Below are positions 55,190 through 64,000 of a stretch of 64,000 bases of DNA, in pieces. The notes beneath the pieces were generated by a model. It made no database searches, was not told the DNA's origin, and worked only from the letters and a program-made list of their open reading frames with translations. Origin of the DNA: Eledone cirrhosa (lineage: Eukaryota); the NCBI GenBank assembly GCA_964016885.1, contig OZ024761.1, positions 21,080,001-21,144,000 of the forward strand, given 5' to 3'. How positions within the stretch are numbered: the first letter of the stretch is position 1; each line of letters opens with the position of its first letter. Position numbers and translations under genes: made by a program.

Positions 55190-55380
55190 ACGATCACATA
55201 TTACTAACGAGCAACGACTGTTGTGGTCGTATGCCTGATCGATTAACTGTCCGCACACTGGCAGACAACAACGAGGAATCTGTGGACTCCCAGGGGGTAA
55301 TACTACCTCCGAACCTTCTCAAAGAAATGGCAGCTAAAACAGCCAAGAACATCGCATACGAAGCTGTTGCGGCCAGAAAG
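55190..55380 (+). CDS. RIMBP2: RIMS-binding protein exon (FN3-3, C-part)
   Basis: cgcag|(N)DHILLTSNDCCGRMPDRLTVRTLADNNEESVDSQGVILPPNLLKEMAAKTAKNIAYEAVAARK|gtaaaa; TVRTL...ES.DS motif; phase 1 to 0. Confidence 0.9.
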
Positions 55381-55913
55381 GTAAAATATTTTACTTACCT
55401 TTATATTCTGGGGTTTGTTGTTGGTGTTGTTGTTGTTATATTTTGTTTTGATACCACTACACCACACCACTACACTACACCACACCATACCACCACTCCA
55501 CACCATGATACTATACCACTACACCATACCATGCCAAACCATACCACCACTCTGCCACACCATACCATACTACCACACTATACCATACCACTCTACCACA
55601 CCACACTACACTACACCACCACAAAATGCCAAACTACACCATTACTACCATACCATTACCCCCATATCACACCATACCACACTACAACACCCTACCATAC
55701 CACCACACCACTATACTATACCACTACACCATACCACCACTCTACAACACAATACCATACTACCACACTGCACCATACCACTCTACCACACTACACCACA
55801 CCTTACCACTGTACTACACCACTCTACCACATCACACCACCATACCACTACACCATACCACTCCTATAGTGCAGCACTATATACCTTGCATGTTCTCCTG
55901 CTTCTGTTGCCAG

Positions 55914-56024
55914 TCCAACTGTTACAGTGAAAAACACGAGGAATACACCAATGACACCGACGAAGAGATAGAAGCAGCGTTCCGAGCATGTTCTGATATG
56001 GAGGTTGGAGCAAGTACAAAGAAG
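55914..56024 (+). CDS. RIMBP2: RIMS-binding protein exon (linker)
   Basis: gccag|SNCYSEKHEEYTNDTDEEIEAAFRACSDMEVGASTKK|gtaagc; 111 nt, phase 0-0. Confidence 0.8.
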
Positions 56025-56145
56025 GTAAGCTTCCCTCCGTCTTTCTACGTGACTTCCTCCGACATGACTCTCCTGTCCGCAGTCAGTTGACTTACTGGTA
56101 CATTTCTCAAATCTCTCAGATTTAATTCTTAATGTTTGTGTTTAA

Positions 56146-56459
56146 CCCTTTAGCATTTAAATCAGCCATATCCAGCCAGAGTTCTGTCACCTCTTTCTGT
56201 TCAAACCAGCTGTAACCGGCTGATTGTACTGATGTTAAACTGGCCGAATCCAGCCAGAGTTCTGTCACCTCTTTCTATTCAAACCAGCTGTAACTGGCCA
56301 CTCACACATATGTTAAGGTATTGTTCTCAAAATAAATAATATCAAAATCTTGTAGATTCGATATTATGTGAGATAAAGCCTTTTCTGTGAAAATACAATA
56401 GTATATATAGAGTTATATATATACAATAGGAAATATAGAGTAATATAAATGCTAAAGGG
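56146..56459. mobile_element. piggyBac-type MITE
   Basis: TTAA on both sides, 14-bp TIR CCCTTTAGCATTTA; decayed reversed copy at ~24503-24710. Confidence 0.85.
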
Positions 56460-56708
56460 TTAAATACTTTCATAAATTAGGGCAGTGAATTAAGAGTTGT
56501 TAATATGTCGGTTAGAATGTTTTGCCTGCTTCAGAATTACCCAATATCTCATAGGAGGTTTCTCAGGTGTTTTAATGATAGGGATTTCCAGTCCTATCAT
56601 GTTGCCGTTACAGTTCACACCTACTTTATGTAGGATTGAAATTTGCTCAAAACATGTTGTCATATGAAGGAAACAGTTCTAGTCCTGTAGAAGCCATTTT
56701 TATATTAA

Positions 56709-56748
<40 letters not shown>

Positions 56749-56993
56749 GGGGTAACAAATAATAGTTATATCCAGTCCCCTTAGGTGTAGTCCAGTTATG
56801 GTATTCCGGGTAGTGGATGATATCAACGCTAGGCTTGGTTTGACTCAACAAGGCGTATTCATAGTGATGTTGCGAGAATGGTGTAATTCCTATGTTGTAA
56901 ACACTTGGAGTAATAATAAATCAGGAAAGAAGATTGACATGGTTTGCAATACAAAAATTCCTTTCATGCCTGTATATTCTCTTCATTCTCGCA

Positions 56994-57101
56994 TGCTCCG
57001 AAGAACTGACTGGTTATAATTTTGTATTGGCGATCGAGTAACGTGAAAAGAAGCGAATAGCGATCTCTAGACCTACCAGTTCAGAGAAACAATTGTCAGC
57101 A
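56994..57101 (+). ncRNA. Hammerhead-like motif with long helix II inside 38-bp inverted repeats
   Basis: TGCT-CCGAAGA-a ctgactggt...accagttcag a-GAAA-CAATTG-TC|AGCA. Confidence 0.6.
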
Positions 57102-57150
57102 ATGAGATTAAAAACCTTTTTTGTATTGCAAACCATGTCAATCTTCTTTC

Positions 57151-57190
<40 letters not shown>

Positions 57191-57192
<2 letters not shown>

Positions 57193-57644
57193 CATCATCA
57201 TCATCATCATCGTTTAACGTCCATCTTCCAAGCTTGCATGGGTTTGGACGGGAGTTTTCCCACTTGAGGCAAGAGTGGTTGTCTTGCTCGCATAGGACTG
57301 TCTGGCGGGTTTCTATGGCTGGATGCCCTTCCTAACACCAACCACGTTTACAGTGTGGACTGGGAGGTTTTTACCGTGTTACCTACACGGCCACATTACA
57401 GCGTGGACTGTGTGTTTTTTTGTCGTGACACCTACACGACCTCATTTGTTTCAGCCTGGATGTTGTGGTACCAACATAACTTTACATTGAAAGGGGTGGT
57501 GTGGATGGGGTGGGGGTAGTGGGACGGGGGTGTATTTTTGTTAGAGGTGCCTACTGACTGTAGTAGGTTTCACTTTGTACTTAGGTAAGGCGGGTCTTCT
57601 GTATTACTGTGTAGCGCCAAAGATCTTGGTCCAGTGACATTGTC
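57191..57644 (-). mobile_element. 5'-truncated copy of the RTE LINE (last codons + 3' UTR + tail)
   Basis: Reverse complement of ~53071-53500; flanked by (TA)n. Confidence 0.9.
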
Positions 57645-57670
57645 TATATATTTATATATATATTTACATA

Positions 57671-57726
<56 letters not shown>

Positions 57727-57798
57727 AAACGATGGTGATGATATATAAATTTAACCCAGGTTCAATCGGGGGTAACCACATTAAGTAAGGTACTCAAG

Positions 57799-57849
57799 GG
57801 CTTCCTGATGATTTCTCCTGAATGAAACAGTTCTAGTCCTGTAGAAGCC
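57799..57849 (+). ncRNA. Type I hammerhead ribozyme
   Basis: GGCTTC-CTGATGA-tttc/tcct/gaat-GAAA-CAG ttctagtc CTG-TA|GAAGCC: helix I 6 bp, helix III 4 bp, GUA site; relatives at ~3685, 3740, 8330, 9157, 37812, 56670. Confidence 0.75.
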
Positions 57850-58642
57850 ATTTCTACATAAAATATATATATATATATAATTAGTCATTTTGGAAGCCTC
57901 AACAATGCAGATGAGTAAATCTGCAGGTAACAGAATCCGGTGGTAATGAGAGAGATGTAAGAGGAAATGTAGAATGCGATGTATAGGGTGTAGAGGAACG
58001 TAGGAAATAATAACATCAGATAGAGTTACCTTGGAAGTGATTTAATTGTCCCTATATTTCGGATTTTGCATCCATCATATATTATAGAAAATGAGGAAGT
58101 TTTATCATTTTTAAATATAATTTTCTGCTCGAATCACAAATTAAAATGCTTCCCCACCTCCCATCAAGCACCTTTTTATTTTTTTTTTTTTTTGTTAAGT
58201 TGCATGTAATTAAAATTTTGGACGTAAACATTTTCTTTGTTTTTTTTTTTTATTATTTTTTATTATTATTTTTCTAATATTTTAAAGACTCGTTGCTTGT
58301 TTGTTGTTGTTGTTGTCACCTAACACGCCTACGCCACTACACATGCATCACCAACAACAACAACAGTTGACCAGTTCACTCACTAATACTACTTCATTAC
58401 TCTCTTTATAAACTCACAACAATAATACAGATCTGCAATGGACTAACTTGCTTTGTTCTTTCTGTTTTTTTAATATTTTTAAACATATATATATAAATAT
58501 TTTGTTGTTGAAAATGACAAGGGTTGAGCTTAGTACAAACATATAAGCATACATACACACATACACATTCATACATATACATTCACACACACACACTCAC
58601 ACACACTTACTCACACACATATGTATATATGTTTGTTTATAT

Positions 58643-58968
58643 AATAATAAACAAGAAAGACGGTTTTGTTTGTCCATCCCTATTTATTTTGTTATATGTA
58701 TTTCAAAGACATAAGGCAGTTATATAACAACTACCCTACATGTTTTCTTCAGACAAAAATCCAAACGAGATGTAAAATTCCATTGATATTTTACTGGTCA
58801 TACGTGTTATTAACTCCCCCCCCCCCCCCCCGACCAGTAACCATATGCTTGGATTTTTGTCTGAAGAGAACATGTAGGACAGTTGTTATACAACTGCCTT
58901 CTTTGAAATATATATAACAAAATAAATAGGGATGTACGAACGAAACCGTCTTTCTTGTTTATTATTAT
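58643..58968. mobile_element. Inverted-repeat element with a hammerhead in each arm
   Basis: ~125-bp arms; + strand 58855-58922 TTTTGT-CTGAAGA-long stem-GAAA-TATATA-TA|ACAAAA, mirrored at 58687-58758. Confidence 0.7.
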
Positions 58969-59063
58969 AATAAAACTCCAGATTAACAAAAACCATAGAG
59001 TGCTTTATACCTGTTGAGAAAGTTCGGAAGATTTTCAATCAACCAACTGTCTTCAATTGAATA

Positions 59064-59126
<63 letters not shown>

Positions 59127-59131
<5 letters not shown>

Positions 59132-59242
59132 AACAAGTAAGACCCCGACGGCTGAGCTCAAGCCGTTTCGACGGCTAATTCAGTCCAGAATTAGCCGTCG
59201 AAACGGCTTGAGCTCAGCCGTCGGGGTCTTACTTGTTCCTAT
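59127..59242. repeat. Perfect palindrome, 55-bp arms, 6-nt loop
   Basis: 59127-59181 vs 59188-59242. Confidence 0.95.
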
Positions 59243-59342
59243 TACCCACTCTACTACCCTAAGTATTGAGTACTTTGGTGCGTTATGGTCCACCTGGTTC
59301 CTTACCACATTTCCTTCGTTATATATATATATATATATATAT

Positions 59343-59660
59343 GATGGTTGTCTACTTAATACAAAACCTGACCGCATCAGTGTACATGGAGCTCAGTTCT
59401 AGCATGAAAACCCATGTGGCTTTTTAGACCAGACATACTTTTAAAATGTCGTCAACATAAATTTCACCTTAGTTTCGAAGTAGCTTCAACTGCCTGAGTT
59501 GTCTGATATTGGTGAACCTTGAAATGTCTCTTTAGACCTCCTTTAGATTTGTATATTTTGTGACACATGTGGCATTGATAAGTGTGGACTGGTTGATATG
59601 TTCTGAGGTCAGTAGGAAGTGTCCTATGGTGTGCTCTCATGTAAGATTGAAATCCAGCTT
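59343..59660 (-). mobile_element. LINE 3' relic with C-terminal C2H2 finger
   Basis: YQCHMCHKIYKSKGGLKRHFKVH; flanked by (TA)/(CA) microsatellite; no splice context. Confidence 0.55.
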
Positions 59661-59875
59661 CACATATACACACACACATATATATATATATACACACATA
59701 CATATATACACGTACATGTAGAGACTTGCTAGAAAGACACAATGACCTTCACCTTGCTTCCTTAGATTTCACAGGAAAAAAATATATATATATATAAACA
59801 AAAAAAAAAAAAAAACTGACCCCAAAACAAGCAAACCACCTCTATTTTGGTCTTAAAACATTTGCTATACTTTAG

Positions 59876-60037
59876 GATGCACACATTAACATATTCTGTG
59901 TCCACGATCGCTGTAGTAGTGGCTCTGAACTTTCGGATATTGCCGAGGTCGATGAGGAGCCAGAGGGTGAAACTACAGTGGCACCACAGGCTGCTTCTGG
60001 TGCCGGACCTTTCAACAGATATTCAAATGGAATAAAG
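59876..60037 (+). CDS. RIMBP2: RIMS-binding protein exon (acidic SELSDI motif)
   Basis: tttag|DAHINIFCVHDRCSSGSELSDIAEVDEEPEGETTVAPQAASGAGPFNRYSNGIK|gtaaca; 162 nt; resembles the RIM-BP LSDI.EE.EE motif. Confidence 0.85.
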
Positions 60038-60345
60038 GTAACAGCAACAAAAGTGCCCTAGCTTGCATTGCTCTTTGTTAAGTAGTCTGGGATGCATGAG
60101 GACTGGAGATCTTTCTGCTGCCTTTGGTACTTATTGGTCTCTTCAACCTTTTATATTGTGTATATATACATATGTGTGTGTGTGTGTGTATATATATATA
60201 TGTGTGTGTGTGTATGTATATATATATATGTGTGTGTGTGGGGGGGTGTATATATGTGTGTGTGTATATATATATATATATAGATATATAGATATATATA
60301 TATATGTATGTATGTATGTATATATGTGTATATATATATATATAT

Positions 60346-60376
<31 letters not shown>

Positions 60377-60488
60377 CACATGTATGTATATATGTGTATA
60401 TATATATATACACACATATATATATGTATATATATATATATACACATATATATATATATGTATATATATATTTATATATACATACACA

Positions 60489-60544
<56 letters not shown>

Positions 60545-61021
60545 TATACGTGTATATATATATATACACATATATATATACGTGTATATATATATATACA
60601 CATATATATATATATACACACATATATATATACATACATATATATATATATATACACATATATATGTGTGTGTATATATAAATTAAATTTCTTACATTGA
60701 TTCTTACTCAAAGAATATGGTTTTTATCATTATTTTCTCTTCCCACACCCTACCCACCCACACAGACCCTACACACACCTACCCACCTATACCCACCCAC
60801 CCCCACATACACCTACCCCCACCCACACAGACCCTACACACACCTACCCACCTACACCCACCCACCCCCACACACACAGACCCTACACACACCTACCCAC
60901 CTACCCACCTACACCCACCCACCCCACATACACCTACCCCCACCCACACAGACCCTACACACACCTACCCACCCCCACATGAAAATCTCATAGACTTCTG
61001 TAGCCACTAAACTGTGAGCCA

Positions 61022-61746
61022 CCCAAGGGTAGGTTGAGAAGTTCACAGACTGACCAAGATACTCTCATGGAATGACCAAATGAGGTTTATTTTTCAACAT
61101 ATTCCCCTGGAAAAAGTTGAAATTAATGTCATGCAAGATTTCACAGCTCTAGCATCCCTCCTTCATAGTCACCCTATGACCAAGATACTCTCATGGAATG
61201 ACCAAATGAGGTTTATTTTTCAACATATTCCCCTGGAAAGAAACGATGCAGTTATTGTTGATGGTTTCTTATATAGGCACAAGGCCAGCAATGTTGGGGA
61301 CGGGACAGTCGATTAAATGGACCCCAGTGCATTACTGGTATTAATAATAAGAGTTGAAATTGTCATGCACGATTTCACAGCTCTAACATCAATCCTTTAT
61401 ATTCAGTCTATGAACTTCCCAGCCTTCCCTCATGAATATATATCATCATCATCATCATCATACGTCCGCTGTTCCCTGTATGTGTATATATATATATATA
61501 TGTATATATATGTATATATATATATACATACATACACACACACAAGGGAAGGTTGAGAAGTTCATAGGCTGACCAAGTTACTCTCATGGAATGACCAAAT
61601 GAGGTTTATTTTTCAACATAGTCCCTGGAAAGAAACAATGCAGTTATTATTAATAATAAAAGTTGAAATGAATGGCATGCAAGATTTCACAGCTTTAGCA
61701 TCACTCCTTCATAGTCTGACTATGAACTGTTCAGCCGACCCTCATA
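61022..61746. mobile_element. Cluster of mariner-type MITE copies (61022-61433, 61541-61746)
   Basis: Repeated gaccaagatactctcatggaatgaccaaatgagg body with agggwaggttgagaagttca / tgaactkttcagccgaccct ends. Confidence 0.7.
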
Positions 61747-62499
61747 TATACAATGTCAGATCACCTGATATCGTTCATCTAGCGACAGAGAAACTGGCTT
61801 ATTTAGATAATTAATTTAATAACTATTTAAGTAGTTAAGAATCTTCCGTAAATATAAAATCTATCAACTACCGCCATTTAATGGCTAACTTGGCTTTATT
61901 TCTGGCTTTTCTCATATTTCTCCTTGGTTTTTATTATTTTAGATATTTTTTACTCCTTTTTTTGTTTTTTGTTCCATTTTGTTTTTATTTTGTTTTTATT
62001 TCTTCCGTAAATTAATTAATTTTTTTTTTGTTTTTTTTTTGTCAATTGCTTCTGTCAACATTCTTCTTAATGACATCCGCAGAGATTGTTTACACACATA
62101 CACACTCACACATATATTCATACACACACATACATATGCATATACACTCAAACAGACTTACATACACATACATATACATTATACACTCAAACGCGCTTAC
62201 AAGCACATACATACACATACATGCAAACATACACACATACATTCACACACACACACCTACACCCTTACACACACACACACACACACACACTCAAACTCAC
62301 ATCTACACACTCATGCACACACACACACACACACTTACATCTATACATTCATGCACACACACACATCTACACACACACACTCACATCTACACACACACAT
62401 CTCCACACACATACATATAGTCTTGGAAAAACTAAGTTTTATTCTTCTAGAAATCTAGAAAACATTAACTCTAAAAAAACTTTAGAAATTCTTTATTTA

Positions 62500-62666
62500 C
62501 CGTATTTCCCGGCGTCGAAGATGCTTTTTTTCCCTAAACTAAGTCTCAAAAATCTACCATGAGTCCTGGAGGCAGAAGGTTGTTTATTATTTTTTTTCAA
62601 ATTTATGGTTGTCAAAATTAGGGTGGGTCCTTGGGGACGAAGTGTCTTCAGCACCAGGAAATACGG
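62500..62666. mobile_element. pogo/Tc1-mariner-type MITE
   Basis: ta-CCGTATTTCC...GGAAATACGG-ta termini. Confidence 0.75.
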
Positions 62667-63661
62667 TATATATATTTTATCTCAATTAGTTTCCAAACAT
62701 TGTGATAATCAGGGGTTTTATATAAAGTCTTCTTCTTGTGTCATCCATCTATCGAAGGTGAAGCCTTCATTTTGCTTTATCTAATGGCTAGAATATATGC
62801 AACTCACCACACCTACATACTCATAAATTTCTCTGCTAACTGGAACAGTTATGCCAACCCATTTTCAAATTAATAGATCATCTACAAAGACACTTAGTTA
62901 AAGGGTTAATATTTACTTCTTAAAACCCATGATTATCACAAAGTTGTGAAACCAGTTAGGTTAATATAAATAAACTGAAAGATTTTAAGTGTATCTACGA
63001 CATAATATATATAAACATATCTTCCATCTTCTCAAATTTTCTCTCTGGCTTTTGAACCCTGTAAAACCTTTTACTGCTTTGTAAAAAACCTCTTCTTCTT
63101 CTTCTTCTTCTTCTTCTTCTTCTTCTTCTTCTTCTTCTTCTTCTTCTTCTTCCTGGCTTTAGAAAAGACTATTCTAGAACATTATTAGTGTTAGCTGCTT
63201 CCAGCTAAAAGTCTTAATCTCGCTTTCGCTTTTGCACAAATATTCCTGATTGAAGCAACATTAAATTTTAGCCAATATATTTATATTTATTTATAATTAT
63301 TTATATTTATTTATATTTATTTATTTTTGTGTGTTTTTGATGGTTGATTGCTTTTCTTCTTTTTTTATTTTCTATTTTTTTTTATTATTTTTATTTTCTA
63401 TTTTTTTTTTCTATTTTTTTTTCTTTTGTCTTTTTTTTTTTTTTCTATAGTATCAACTATTATTTTAGTTGCTTTGTTTTCTTTTAACAACAATAATAAT
63501 AATAGTCATTTCATTTATTGGCCACAAGTACCGACATGTAGGGGACAATACAAAGACAGGGACAGTGGGGGTTTACAATAAGGTCGAGTAAAAGTGCACA
63601 ATGGCGAGACTAATTTAACAATGAAGATATAAAAAATATATATAAAATAAACTATGCATCA

Positions 63662-63700
<39 letters not shown>

Positions 63701-63890
63701 GGGCGGTGAATTGGCAGTATCGGTAGAGGGTCGGACGCCATGCTTTGATGCATAGAGTTACGGCCCTTTACGGTCTGAGTTCAAATCCCGCCGAGGTTAA
63801 CTTTTCCTTTCAACCTTACGGGGTCGATAAAATAAAGTACCAGTAATACACTGGAGTAATTGCTGGCCTTGTGTCAAAAAGTAGAAACAA
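63701..63890 (+). mobile_element. tRNA-derived SINE, family B, full length
   Basis: A box ttggcagtatcgg, B box gagttcaaatccc, core ccttacggggtcgataaaataaagtaccag, (TTA)n tail; about 9 related copies in window. Confidence 0.88.
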
Positions 63891-64000
63891 TTATTATTAT
63901 TATTTTTATTTTCTTTCATTATTGTTTCTGAGATATATGCCGAATGTCTTCCCGACACCTAGGGCAAATAAATTCACTGTGTGCATTGGTAAGCCAGTTA

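Noticed and set aside
58050-58080. Additional hammerhead candidate (also ~3548-3580)
   Set aside because: Only a hairpin + GAAA/GAAC; CUGANGA and helix I not recoverable
59464-59742. Antisense C2H2 zinc-finger gene
   Set aside because: Single finger bounded by microsatellites; better explained as a LINE C-terminal relic

Overview
Eukaryotic (animal) genomic DNA, AT-rich and saturated with microsatellites; the repeat content suggests an octopod cephalopod (inference). The + strand carries 12 internal, phase-consistent coding exons of a RIMS-binding protein gene (RIMBP2-like: first SH3, three FN3 domains, acidic linker). Its start and the C-terminal SH3 domains were not found here. The introns hold: (i) an intact sense-strand RTE-clade LINE (APE + RT with an inserted PHD-like finger), preceded by 23 near-identical ~509-bp monomers, the whole 15.6-kb unit lying in a (TA)n run; (ii) about 20 intact or degenerate hammerhead-ribozyme motifs from several unrelated short elements, often with inverted ends, as in Penelope-like elements; (iii) several long fold-back palindromes, one with tRNA-SINE heads at both ends; (iv) SINEs, MITEs, R4/Dong and CRE relics; and (v) minisatellites built from TE pieces or from a splice acceptor. 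All alignments and folds were done by eye.
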